64,000 bases of DNA, taken from Parasitella parasitica NRRL 2501 (taxonomy: Eukaryota > Fungi > Mucoromycota). The DNA is taken from positions 1-64,000 of the forward strand of contig MU619272.1 of assembly GCA_025201805.1 (NCBI GenBank), read 5' to 3'. The notes under the pieces are model-generated. The model was not told the DNA's origin and searched no databases. It saw nothing but the letters and a program-made list of their open reading frames with translations. Positions 25,136-38,821 of the stretch are shown here, piece by piece. Within the stretch, counting starts at the first letter, position 1, and every line of letters starts with the position of its first letter. Both the position numbers and the translations under genes were made by a program.

Positions 25136-27421
25136 CTAGTTTCTTTGGTAGCCATAAGAACGATAGCCGTAATTCTTCTGAGGTTGGTTGGTTTGGGATA
25201 CCAAATTAGTGGGACTTTGCGAGCCAATGTTGGTATTGGAGGTTGAGGGGTTTGATACGCCAGATGTCATTTGTAATAAGAGCTGAGCCAACGCAGGATT
25301 CCCTCCAGCAGCTGTGTTTAATAATGAAGCCATGGTAGGCTGTTGCTGAATAGGCTGTTGCTGGATGGCAACTGCTGCAGGAGCTATGCTGTTGGGCATA
25401 CCAGTGGTACCTAAACTATTAGCCAAAGTAGCTAGCAACTGAGGTATTGAAAGCTGGCTAGACGTGGTAGGAGTAGAAGTCGGTGGTGGTAAAGATACTG
25501 CAGCTGACTTGATCTTTGCAAGAGTGTCAGATTGAATCAGATTATAAATGGTAGCAAGGCTACTGGGATCAATATTAGGAGAAGTAGATAACGGCGGGTT
25601 TTGTTGGTATGACGATTGAGTTACATAGTTGGGTTGTTGTACCGGCAGCTGTTGAGATGGGGATTGGTATTGATAGCCTCTTGCAGAATTATAATATGGT
25701 TTTTGTGAATAAGTATTATTGTTGAATTGAGATTCGGGTTGACGTCCGTAGGATGGGCTATTGTATTGAGATCCATTGCTATAATTGTACGAGCCGCGAC
25801 GCGTTTCTGCAGCACCAGAAGGAGTATTGTATTGAGGACGTTTTTGCTTGTATCTCGATTGAGGTTGTCTTAATTCAGGGTGAGTGTTTTGAACAATACT
25901 GACAGCTTCATTTGGTGTAACGCTATCATATTCTAGAAAGAAGCAAATGTTAATAAAGCCTATATTTGTATAAAACAAACACTACTACCATCATAACGAA
26001 CGCCATCACCATGGTCGACCGGCGCAAATACTTGGAGGTAGACCTTACCTTGGCTTGAGTTCCTGCCGTCAATTAAAACAATCGCTTTTACACCTTCCAA
26101 TACCATTTGCTTTACTAATTCATCGCGAGAGTAGTTTGCATAATTGAGTATAGCAGTATTCGTTTGAATGTTCGCTTGAGCAAGCAAGCTTTCAATGTAA
26201 TTCCTCAAGCCGTGATCATTATTCCAAGAAATAATCTGAACAGCTGGAGCCTCATTACCATTACGCGCAATGATTAAAGGACTATTATTAGTATCATAAT
26301 TGTATCCGGCAGCAGCAGCAGAATTAATGTGTCTTGCATAGTCAGGGCGATAATTATTCTCTCTTTGATATACATTGTTGGGATTAGAAATGCTAGGCTC
26401 GTTATTCATTCGATGATATTCAGGGCGATAGTTATCTGTTCTCTCAGTATCGAAGCCATTACTATGGTGATTATTGGCAGTAATCGTGTTGTTACCATTG
26501 TATTCGCGTTGACGGTTTCGATGATCGTTCATTATTTTGGGCTCACGACCGTTTCTGCTTTCGCTGTTTCGTCTCTTGTTGGCATCACGGTGAGGAGGGG
26601 AGCGACTACAGCTGCGACTCGTGTTATTATCGTGTTTATTACGATGCCCTTGATTTCGTCGTCGACCTTCATTCTCAGAAAGTCTGGCAAATTTAGGCTT
26701 TCTCTTACAAATCTCCAAATCTGGGAGACAAGGAAATATATTAGTGCATCTAGGGAATATAATTTAAATCCAATCAATACTTACTTAATAATACGTTTTT
26801 AAAGGTCTTGTAATTTTCAGCTTCAACAGCACGAGCACATTGTTCAGGATTCTCGAAATGAACAAACCCAAAAGTGCTCTTTTGAACAACTTCTAAAACC
26901 TCACCATACTTGCTAAAATAATCCATTAACTCTTGTTTACTTGTGCTTTTTGGCAGTTGATGAATTAACATGCGTGACTCAGGAATAACCTTATTCCAAT
27001 CGATGTGTCTTTTGGCCAACGTTTGAGCAGGTTGCTCGGTATTGAGTCTTGCTCTATTGTTAGCATTCAAGGTAGAATCACTCTTTCTTCTACTACTAAG
27101 AAGAGAGTACTCATCAAACTCATCTAAGACTGGCGGCTGTGTTTGCTGTACGTTGGCTTGTTCGCTACCTTGACATTGATGATGATCGTTCTCAACAGCA
27201 AGTTCTTGATTAGTATCTGCAGCTTCCACTTTCACTTCAATGCCGGTAATATTTGTAGGGATAGGAGTGACAGTAAAATCTCGACTACCATCTGTATTAC
27301 CATCATCACTACTTTTACTAATGTTACTAGGTTCGTTGGTACTACTGCTATTAGCAAATAATGCTGAAAAAAAGTCATCTACGACTGATGGACTATTTTC
27401 GTTTGCATGGGGTTCAGTCAT
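25136..27421 (-). CDS. RRM plus anticodon-binding-like domain protein with Q/N-rich tail (NCOA5/Nab3-like), 3 exons
   Basis: RRM (FSKYGEVLEV..TFGFVHFENPEQCARAV), an RS-rich linker, the domain VQIISW...QMVLEGVKAIVLID...LQVF, and a low-complexity C-terminus. Confidence 0.75.
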
Positions 27422-28018
27422 CTTAATAAGTCTCGTTTTTTCTTTCTTTTCACACACAGAGAGATTGATACAGACAGACAACAAGGAAATAGGCGACTTA
27501 TATATACTGGATATATATACAGAAAGGATAAAATGTTGTAAAATAGAGTAAAATGTGTAAAATAAACGGGATATCTGGCTACTTTGATTGATTAATCCGA
27601 CTTTTTTTTGTTTTCCTTACAAACTTGTGAAGGGGCAAGGTCCTAAAAGCGATTTTTGTTTATGAATGAAAAAAAGAAAGATACAGAAAAATTCTTCAAG
27701 GCTCCTTTTAAAGGAGTAATTAGCCATATGCTACGTCACGAAGCACAGTATATCATCCTTGATAGTTTAAATGTTAGAGACTAGTGTCAATAAACCGAAA
27801 AAAAAATATCTGCTGAATTCTTAAGGTATAATCTCTTGATTGACATAAAGATAGCTACTTGCATTTGTTCTTGAATTCTTCATAATTCTTTGAAATCTAT
27901 CACTATTTCGCATTGCCATTTAGCGATGGTCACGCAGCAGTTTTTTTTTGAAGATAAAGAGATTAAAAAGCTCAACTGGTTTAACAGTTCCAGTCTTTGC
28001 AAAGCCATAAAATTCATC

Positions 28019-31000
28019 ATGGACGATATTGAAAAGTTGGAACATCTGTCCTTGGTACAGAAAGTAGTCAGTGAGCTCTACAATCATACAGGCTTACATG
28101 AACAAGTTTTGGGTAGGTTTTGTTTAAACACACAGCATCCGTCCATCTAATATATTCCAAAGCTGAATTTATTATCCACCTTCACGACGAGGCAAAAGGA
28201 TCTCTTTCTGATTTCAAGAAAATGCTTAAAGATTCTGATGCGGATTTTCCAGAAGCTTTTGTTGAGAATTTAGATCGCATCATCAAGACTTTAAAACCTA
28301 AACGCAAGGTACATAGGGAGGAGAATATGGATACAAAGGCACAAACATTCCCAGGGTTAACTGTGCAGGATGATCCTGATTGGCAAAAGAAGAGACAAGA
28401 AGATACGGCGGTTGCAGATGATATGTTGGCAGAATTAGAGGGATTCAAATCAACAACGGCACCCGCTACTGAAGGATCTCAATCGTCAGCAACTAAGCGC
28501 AGACGCCAAAGTCCCTCGCCCGAGAGAAGACACCGTAGACACCGATCCAGATCTAGATCACCTGCACGTAAAGACGATAAACCTGTCATTTACAAAATTT
28601 ATGATGGCACAGTAACCAACATCAAGGATTTTGGTGCTTTTGTTCGCTTAGAAGGTGTCAAAGGAAAAGCAGAAGGTTTAGTGCATGTTGGTTCTTTGGT
28701 TCAAGGGCGAGTCAACAATCCGCGTGATGTAGTAAGACAATCGCAACCTGTTAAAGTTAAGGTGATGTCCGTGGCTGGAAACCGAATCAGTTTATCAATG
28801 AAAGATGTTGATCAACGAACTGGCGAAGACCTGACTCCTAATTTGCGTGGTAGATCTCAAAGCGAAGTTGAAGAGATGACTTCTCGAAACCCTGATAGAC
28901 CTTCCTTCATGACTGGATCAAATTCGAATCCAATAGGCGCCAAAGGTGTCGAAGATATACCTTCTCGATCCGTTAAACGCATGTCTTCACCAGAGCGTTG
29001 GGAACTAAAGCAATTGATTGCTTCCGGTGTTGTTGATCCTGCCGACTATCCTGAATTGAATGAGGATACTGATTTCTCTGGTAATGTGGAGACAGAAGAA
29101 GAGATTGATGTGGAAGTCCGTGAAGAGGAGCCACCGTTTTTGAAAGGCCAAACTAAACAAACACTGGATTTGAGTCCAGTCAAGGTTGTCAAAATTCCTG
29201 ATGGCACCATGAATCGTTCTGCTCTAGCTGGTGCTTCATTGGCAAAAGAGCGTAGAGAACTGAGGCAGCAGCAACAGCAGCAAGAGATGGACGCGGTACC
29301 CCAAGATGTGAATACACCTTGGTTAGATCCTATGGCTGGTCCTGATGGAAGACAATTTGCTCAAGATGCTCGTGGTTCAGCCGCAGGCTCCAAACCAGAC
29401 CAAGTGCCCGAATGGAAGAAAGCAACTTTTAATAACGCCACTACCTTTGGTAAAGTTACTAGCTTGTCAATTCAAGAACAACGCGAGTCTCTTCCTACTT
29501 TTAAGCTTCGCTCTTCGCTTATTGAAGCTGTTCGAGAGGTAAGTGTTTGCTGATTCACATCGACATTTTACTTATATATCTGTAGAACCAAATGTTGATT
29601 GTCGTTGGTGATACTGGTTCCGGAAAAACCACTCAAATGACACAGTATCTAGCTGAAGAAGGGTTTGCTAACAACGGAAGAATCGGTTGTACTCAACCTC
29701 GTCGCGTTGCTGCCATGTCTGTTGCTAAACGTGTCGCTGAAGAAGTTGGTTGTCGTGTAGGCCAAGAAGTTGGTTACACTATTCGTTTTGAGGACTGCAC
29801 TAGTCCTGAAACTCGTATCAAATACATGACGGATGGTATGCTTCTAAGAGAATGTCTTATCGATCCTGAAATGAGTCAATACTCTGTTGTCATTCTTGAT
29901 GAAGCTCACGAAAGAACCATTTCCACTGATGTACTCTTTGGGCTACTGAAAAGAGCAGCCAAAAGACGCCCCGATCTCAAATTGGTTATCACTTCTGCTA
30001 CCTTGGACGCTGATAAGTTTGCTACCTACTTTAACAATTGCCCTATCTTCACTATTCCCGGTAGAACGTATCCTGTCGAAGTTTTGTATACAAAGGACCC
30101 CGAAACTGACTATTTGGATGCTGCTCTCATTACTGTAATGCAAATCCATCTCTCTGAACCTCCTGGCGATATTTTGCTGTTCTTGACAGGTCAAGAAGAA
30201 ATCGATACAGCTTCTGAAATTCTATTTGAGCGTATGAAAGCGCTCGGAAATGATGTACCAGAGCTGATTGTGCTACCGGTTTATAGTGCTTTACCGTCTG
30301 AAATGCAATCTCGTATCTTTGATCCTGCTCCTCCAGGCAGCCGTAAGGTTGTTATTGCTACCAATATTGCCGAAACTTCTATCACTATCGATGGCATCTA
30401 TTATGTTATCGATCCAGGGTTTGTAAAGCAAAACAAATGGGATGCTAAGCTTGGTATGGATTCCTTGGTTGTTGTTCCCATATCACAAGCTGCTGCGAGA
30501 CAGCGTGCTGGCCGTGCCGGCCGTACTGGTCCTGGAAAATGCTATCGCCTTTACACTGAGACCGCTTACCGCAACGAGATGTTACCCAATACGATTCCTG
30601 AAATTCAATTGCTCAATTTGTCAATGACTGTACTAACTTTGAAGGCCATGGGTATCAACGATTTATTGCATTTTGATTTTATGGATCCACCTCCAGAAAA
30701 TAATTTAATCCAAGCTTTGGAACAGTTATACGCACTTCAAGCCCTTGATGATGAGGGTCTTTTGACTCGCCTTGGTCGCAAGATGGCTGAATTCCCTTTG
30801 GACCCTCAGTTGTCGAAAATGCTAATTCAATCTGTGGATTTGGGTTGTTCTGAAGAGATTTTAACTATTGTTGCTATGCTGACTGCGCAGAATGTATTTT
30901 ACAGACCTAAAGAGAAACAGGCCCAAGCAGATCAAAAGAAGGCCAAGTTTCATCAGCCTGAGGGTGACCATTTGACACTTTTGACTGTATACAATGGCTG

Positions 31001-31635
31001 GAAAGGAAGTAAATTTTCAAATGCCTGGTGTTTTGATAATTACATTCAAGCTCGCAGCATGAAACGCGCGCAAGATGTAAGAAAACAATTGCTTGGTATT
31101 ATGGATAGGTATGTAAAGACTGCAGTTAGATCTGAAGTAAACTAATTGCTGTTGAATATGCAGATATCGCCATGATATTGTTTCTTGTGGCAGAAACTAT
31201 ACGAAGGTCTGTAGAGCTCTAGTATCTGGTTATTTCAGAAATGCTGCAAAGAAAGACCCTCAAGAAGGTTACAAGACATTATTAGAAGGAACCCCTGTGT
31301 ATATCCATCCTTCTAGTGCGCTATTCAACAAGGGCCCTGAATGGTACGTTAATTTGCATTTTAAATGAATTCCATATATTTATGTTATATCTAGGGTTAT
31401 CTATCATGAGATTGTCTTTACATCTAAGGAATACATGCGCGAAATCACAGCAATCGACCCTAAATGGTTGACAGAAGCCGCACCTACTTTCTTCCGAATT
31501 GCAGATGCCAACAAGATTTCCAAACGCAAGAAACAAGAGAAAATTGAACCACTATTTAATCGTTATGAGAAGCCCAACGAATGGCGTCTCAGCAGAGCCA
31601 AGCGTGGTGGACGAATCAGCCAAACGTTTGGTTAG
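28019..31635 (+). CDS. PRP22: Pre-mRNA splicing DEAH helicase Prp22/DHX8, 5 exons
   Basis: S1 domain, [44 protein letters not shown]; C-terminus [16 protein letters not shown]. Confidence 0.97.
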
Positions 31636-31689
31636 ATTTCTGTGTTTATTTCAAGTAATCAGTTTGATAATAAAGAGCAAAGGGGATAG

Positions 31690-32393
31690 TTAAGCACTTG
31701 ATTTGCGATTGATGTAAAAATAGTAGTAAATAGCTGGTGCTCCAGGTTTGTCATTTGGTTGTGGCACATGGATAGGAATGCGTTTCTCTGTTTTCCAGAG
31801 AAACTGCTTTTGATCATCAGTATAGAATTCTCTTTCACCAGAGAAAGATATAGATAACCAATACGCATTTGGCTCTGCAACAGATAACATTTCATTTGAC
31901 AATCGCTTTAATTGAGACTGATTCTCATCATCTCCACATGCAATTGTATCAACTAAGCCTTTATCAATAATAATCGAATATTGATGTTTTGGAAGGTAGG
32001 ATTTGAGATTGTACAAACAATTGCCAGAGATCCATGATATGTCTGAATAATTTTGGTTTTGTCGTTGTTTTTCAACTGTTACAGACTTCATGTATTCTAT
32101 GACATTTTCTGCATAGTCGACATTTACAATGTTTTTGTACCCAGAGTCTGCGATATCAAATGCAAGCTCAGAATTGCCACACCCTTTTTTTTAAAAAAAA
32201 ATTAATTCTTATGTTTAATTTTGCAGACACTTCTATTACCCAAGTGAAGAATGTCTTTATCTTTGTCGAAATAAGGCTCAAGCTCTGTTTTGATGTTATT
32301 CCATGTAAGCAACCATTCAAAATGCTTTTCTTTTTCAAATCGAGTTTCCCAATACTTCTTCTCGTGGAAAGGAACAGCATTCACTTTGGCCAT
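31690..32393 (-). CDS. EEF1AKMT4/METTL13-type class I methyltransferase, 2 exons
   Basis: YWETRFEKEKHFEWL, motif I LHLG-CGNSELA (spliced), NVDYAENVI, IIDKGLVD. Confidence 0.85.
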
Positions 32394-32543
32394 TTTTCTA
32401 TTATACCGCTTCTTTGTTTAATAAGATAAGGAGAGCTATTCACCCCAACATATTTATACGTTATGATACATTTGAAAACGTCACGCAAGCAGGAGCTAAT
32501 ATAGCTTGATTTCAACGTCATAGAGCATACATCTAATACATGT

Positions 32544-33356
32544 TTATTTCTCCTTTTTGAATTTGACTTCAATGTTGCTTATACCAACAGGCTCTCCTGA
32601 CTATCAATCACAAATAAAATGAGTCTTTCAATTGTAATATGTCATTTTATTTTACCTTTTCATCATACTCTGCCCATTCACCTTCAACAAGATCGATATC
32701 CTCAAAATCGGTACCTGATTCAGTACCTTTGCATGTCCAACCATTCTAATAAAGGTTTATTAATGAGTGTAGATCAATATTTGCCTTGTATCAAAAACAT
32801 ACTCTTGGCTCAAAGCCAACTAGGTCTAGACCACGGCAATCGAACTGAGCTATTTGCTGAAATTTATTATTTTCCTCAATTTCATACTTTCTAATCTTGA
32901 AAGAAGGTTCGAATTCTACATGAAAGGATATTTACTCAGCATTTGATTGTTAAAATGATTTCTGACTTACGAGCAGTGAGATCCCGTTTACAGAACTTAC
33001 ACCGCATCACTAAGTTCGCGGAACCACGAGAAGAATTCATATCGTATGAATCCTGTATGAGTACTAATCAACAACACAATTCAGAAGACTTATATTTCGG
33101 CTTTTTACATGTCGATTAAAAGAAATCCATGACTCATCAACCTCGTGACAACTAGTGCATTCAATCTATCGTAATATTAAAGTTTTATTTTTGGGCAAGT
33201 GGTCTTCATACAATACCTTGAAATGCCATTCATAGTCCTCGACAGGAACAAGATCAGTAACGTTCTCAAGTTCTGCTTTAATGTATAATCCTAATTTCTA
33301 TTGTATCATATATAAACACCAAGTTTGATACAATTCTTGTTTATACATACAACCAT
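32544..33356 (-). CDS. CZIB: DUF866 / CXXC zinc-binding protein (C1orf123-like), 7 exons; not in the ORF track
   Basis: Spliced MVKLGLYIKAELENVTDL...FK.ECTSCHE...SRGSANLVMRCKFCKR...FDCRGL...ESGTDFEDIDLVEGEWAEYDEK. Confidence 0.9.
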
Positions 33357-35393
33357 ATACTCGTTCCAATATTGTAGTTTATATTCAGATACAATATGAA
33401 AAAAATTTCACTCTAGTTCACAATTGCAAATGAATCTAGCGAAGTCCTACAATCACGTGATTTACAGTGAATTTAGCGACCACATAATGCTACGACGAGC
33501 TTGTTTGTACACTTGCAGGTGCTGCTGTGGACCTGATTTCAGTTTTTATTATATAAGGGCTTTTTTAAAGCAAATATGTTGTTGCATTCTTATAATATCA
33601 CATGGTTACTGTCGGTTTTCGCCTATTAATTGAAGGTTGAATCTCATCTCAATTCCAATATATTGACACTGACATTCAAATAGAATTGTATAAAGACTTT
33701 TAGAAACCAGGACCAGAGCAATCCTGGCTTCCTTTTCAATCTTTAATAAAGACCCTACGTTCTCCGTGATACAATCGCTTGTAGTCTCTTTATATAATTG
33801 CCTTTGGAAATAATCGTTATTCATATAGATCTCAGTTACCCTGTTTCAACTCAGTTGTCATGGCAATCGTTCCTGATCGGATCTAAGGTTAAATATTACC
33901 AGTTATTATTCTAAATAGTAATTAGAAGTATTCAATTTCCCCCCGTTCGTGTGGTCCTCTCTGTTGGGTTAAAAAAGATAATAAAAAACCAAATGTTAAC
34001 GAGATACGAAAACTTAAAGATACTTTATTTAAGATCGAAATTGCATCTGCTATTTATACTTTTTACAACTACATAAATTTATGGTGACTTATTTAAATTA
34101 CTAATTGACAAGACTAATTCACAGTGACAATCTACTTGACAGGGTACGATATGAGGTTATACAGCAAGGGCTACACGTCTTTGATCTGACAGTGCCTTAA
34201 CATTTATCCTGGTGCTCAGTGTTATATCAATAACATGGCAAGGTCTCACATCAGGATCTCAGATCAGTCCCAGGTGTTGTATCCATATAAAGGCTACATA
34301 TGTCATATCTAACTTAGTCATGATATTAATTGTTGGTAATTCTTTTATAAATAAGGAATAAGCTACAAGTTGTAATTGGACCTCTTGCAAGGTTCCAGGC
34401 TTATTCAAAGAATACATCTGGGATGCCGGGAAGACATCCTACCCAATCTTCTCTTTAATGTAAAATAGAAAGATAGGTCTGTCCTGGAAATGCTGTGATT
34501 TAATAAGGTTTGATACTTCTGGTCAAACATCAGATGTTATGTGGATAAACATTGATTGGGATATATTCTAGTATAAATAGAGATCATATCTTTCGTCAAT
34601 AAAAGTCTTCAGTTTGGTATCTGGTTTTATTCAGAAAAGTCTTTATTACTTTATACAGATCATATTTACATAACATTACGCTGCGCCCTTTGACACTATC
34701 ACAACACCTTATTTATAACTCAATATGGCATGTTCATGGACAATATATACAGTCTATCGTTCCATTCTCTAAATCACATCATGTCCCACACTTGTATCTT
34801 ATCTGGTGTGAACTACTGGCAGTCTTTCACATATCATATTGAATTAGTAAAGCAGATCTTAGTTCTTGACTAAGATCCTGAGAATAAAGCATTGATAATA
34901 AGAATTATACCATTAATATTATACATTTAAAGACGATTGTACAATTTGAGTACTCCACATTAATTAAACACTGCTTACTGCTTTCCCGTAAAGCTTTATT
35001 TAATCAAGATCAAGTTATTAAATCAGTAACTTAAATTAACTGTATTTTACTTTACTATAAGTAAGGTCAAGTTCAAGTAGCTAAACAGAACTCCATTTAG
35101 ATCCACTAGTATATAAACCATCATTTTTTCCATGTAATAAACGAGATCTTTACCTGATTAATTCACAACCGTTTTATTTGAATAATTTCTCATGCTGATA
35201 AATCAACCGCAGCGTATCATTTGAACTCATTTAGCATCAAATGGAAACACAATACAGAGATAGGGTTTGCTGCCTATAGCAATTGCAAAGCATTTGTTAA
35301 GCCGCCACGTAATTTCAAACCTTGTATGAAAATGTACGGTAATTATCAATTCGCTCTAGTGTGAACGAAGATTTCACCGAAATTCAATTTTAT

Positions 35394-37261
35394 TTAAACG
35401 ATTACACAATTTACAGCTGCATTAATTAATCCTGCTTCTTCAATAGTTTGATCAAGCACATCAATTAATTGAGTACGATTAAAAACCAACTATCCACAAA
35501 AAGGAAAAAGAAAAGGAAAAGGAAAACAGTTAGTGTATCATTGGGAGACTAAAAGAAATGAAATACCTCAAATTGTTGATTAGCTGCATCGGATACATCT
35601 GATTTAACAAATTCGAAAATACTTCGCACAGGATCTGTTTTTAAGAACCGTCTGATGGTTCTACTTCCATCTCGCATTTTTAATTGAATTCTTGTAGAGT
35701 TGGCTATATTTGTTGTCTCATCTCTCTTGACAGGTTTTATGCCATCAAAAGCTGATCCTGCCCTCAGCTCTTCCTCTTGCTGTTGTTCATTCTGTTTAAT
35801 AGGTGAAGATCTTTCGTTAACTTTTGTTGACTCATTTGTCGGCTTTGGCTCAATGTCCATTTGAGATGCTTCTGGTGAATCAGATACTGTGTCCATACTG
35901 GGTCTGTTCAAAGATGCTGCAATAGCTGCGTTTAGCTGTTCCTCTTCGCTCATATCTGAAATGTTCTATATATATATATCAACAATCATTAACTACTGAT
36001 AATGATGATTTGTAAAGAAATGTATCACCTTTGCTTTTTTAGGGCGTTTGAGAATGGTTGAGGAACTATCAGCTGAATTTTCTTCCATAAACTCAGTAAC
36101 ATCCATCATAAAGTCTGTAGGAGATAACGCTTTTTCCCAAACTCTAATGCGTTCACCCGTTCGAGCATCAATGATCGCAATATGAGGATAACCATTAACG
36201 GTGTAATATGTGTTATAACGTGTACCGTCTGCACTGGTGTTGGTGTACTTTTTGCCATAATAATAAATTAGAATTGCTTAAAATAAAAGATGAATAAGTT
36301 TATCTTACCTGAAGAAATATAAAGGATTCGTTTAGAATATCTTTGACAAACCGGTCGCTCCACAAATCTCGATTTAATATCTGACAAGAAAATTCAGTAG
36401 GATCTTGCACATTAATCATTAGCCACTTATTGTTTTCTTTTGCAGTCTCTCTAGCCTACAAAGCAGAATCACTGAGTCAATAAACCATTCCAAAATTCCT
36501 CTGTGAAAATGCGTACGTTCTCGAAATTTCCACAGAACATAATATCGAATGGTGGCCTGAATAAATCGGCTAGTCTTTTGGCTTTCGCAGTTGCAGGACT
36601 ACCAAGAGTTTCAGTAGAGGGACCTGATGAAGCCCTTCCGGTGACTATACTACACTGTTGAATATATCTCATGGTACAAATACTCTTTAATTTACCTTCA
36701 GAGTTTAATCTACTTAAGAAATCCGTTACAGATCCAGTGGCAGAATCACCTTGATTAAATACAGAAGGACGACTTCCAGCTAAAAAAAAAAAAGCAATTA
36801 GTTGATATGTGTGTCTGTATTTAGGTATTTGCATTACATCCATTATCTCTTCTAGGCCATATGGAAGAAGGGTATGAGTCGCTTACACTTCCACCAGCCA
36901 AAATATCCGTTTTGGCAGCAATAGGTTGTCTGACTTCTTCTTGTTCTTGCATTTGTCTTGCAATTTCTTCGTCTGTCATTACGTTGCCATGGTCTGGATG
37001 CGATGGCTCTTGTCTAGAAGAAGAGCTGGACGAAGTAACAATTGCCTGTTGAGAGCCGCTGTTTTCCAAATAAATACTGATGGCTGAAGCTACATCATTT
37101 TCTGCAATCTGTAAGGGAATTAAATACTTTAGCCTTCCTTCTATAATTACGCGTGTGTATTTCCAAAGATAAGTATTTTTTCATACCTCTAAAAATGTCA
37201 TAGCTTCTGAAGGTGTAGCACCTGTAACTTCACAGAACTGTACAATATCTTGGTCGCTCAT
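35394..37261 (-). CDS. UBX5: UBX domain protein Ubx5/UBXN7 (UBA-UAS-UIM-UBX), multi-exon
   Basis: UBA (FCEVTGAT), LADLFRPPFDIMF, UAS (EFSCQILNRDLWSD, YPHIAIIDARTGER), UIM (SEEEQLNAAIAASL), UBX (TRIQLKMRDGSRTIRRF). Confidence 0.92.
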
Positions 37262-37749
37262 TATTGTGTTGTATATATATAATTATATATAAGTATACTT
37301 CAAATAAAAAAGAAGAAAAAAAAAATCGGTTTTCAATTATGCTTTCTGCTGTACCGTTACATGCAGAGTGCGTCAGATCAGGGATAGTCACTGGATTACC
37401 TGTAAATCTATCATAGCAGTGACTTTAGAGTGCTGTAATGGGATCTGCTACCCGTTGCCTAGTTGACATCAAAGGCAAAAGGGTATTATTATCCGATTTT
37501 AAAGGATTCCTTTATACTCGTTTCAAGCAGACAAAAAACTATATTTTACCATTTAAAATAGTCGATAAAGTACATAGAGTATAGTAAGTTCTTTATTAGT
37601 TCGTTTACTTCATAAAATTTGAAGAACTGACAAATATTTAGCGGGCAACTCGACGGAAGCTATTTTCGCATAAAGGTCCAATTTCGCTAAAGTATAAATG
37701 TACAAGTGCAAGAAGCTGGCATCTTCTATTTGAGATATTGCGATATGTA

Positions 37750-38821
37750 CTGTGCTTCCGTTCTCAATTTACCGTTTGTTTGAAAATACCACCCACCTTT
37801 TCGAATAAATTTTGGACACTTGTGGCAGGTTAAATTTCACAGAAAAATCAGCCCAAGTTAATCAGATATATGAAATTAGCCTGCCCAACATTTCGAGAAC
37901 AAATTGCGCACTTTGATCAAATATTAAAATGACTGCAGATATTCCTTATTCAAGAATTCAAGAAACATATCGATCGAGTGCTGGATGAAATTTTGTATGC
38001 GTTCAGCAAAAACATCTTTTGAATCGAGTGCCTCTGCATCTGTCAATTCACTTTTTCCGATTCGGCCCTTCAACTCTTCAAAAGGATTGAGTTCAGACGA
38101 GTAAGGGAGGAACGATAGCTCCTCTCTAAGATGATGTGCTCAACAACGTCAGGGGGATGACTGGGGGGATTATGCACAGGCGTAGCATTCTCCCATCAAG
38201 AGACAAATGATCCAGGTCTATCCTTCATAGCTGCACTCTTGACGTTCAGTTTACTGTCATGAAAAATGGTAGTTTAACATGAATTAAAACATCAGCATCA
38301 AGGATATATATGCTTTGCTAAATTGGTGAAGGTAAATGGAGAAGCGTGTCAATAATCTCTTCTTTTTTTTTTTTTACAAATGATGGCACCTCATAGCAAT
38401 ATCAGTATTTCGCCATTTTTGCGTTTCACACATAAATTTCTTGATGCCATATTATGTTGAAATTTATTATCAGTATTTGAAGATCGGGCGTGTAAAGCAA
38501 TCATTTCTATGGTGTTAAGAGTAAATGAAGAGCTATGATTGCATAACTGTCTCTAATATTGATGTTCCCTTGGTCTTGACCTACCATCTTTGACAGTAAA
38601 TTGAATGTCAAATGTACACTCGATCGGTGTATTAAGTTTTTGAACAAAGAACCTTTGTAGCCATTTTAAAATTTGTCTTCTCGAAATGCTAAGCAAGTGA
38701 ATTTCAAGCATATGATCAAACTTGGTCAGATTTTTTTTTTTTTTGGCAATTCAACCAGATGCAAGTGTCAAACAGTGGGCGGCATTTTCAAACATCTGGT
38801 AAATTAAGAGTTGAGGCACAG
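37750..38821 (-). mobile_element. Internally deleted, degenerate Tc1/mariner (IS630-Tc1) transposon with long TIRs
   Basis: Ends TA|CTGTGC...GCACAG|TA. Diverged inverted repeats 37750-37980 and 38617-38821. Internal transposase relic FLPYSSELNPFEE (~38070-38112, minus strand). Confidence 0.85.
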
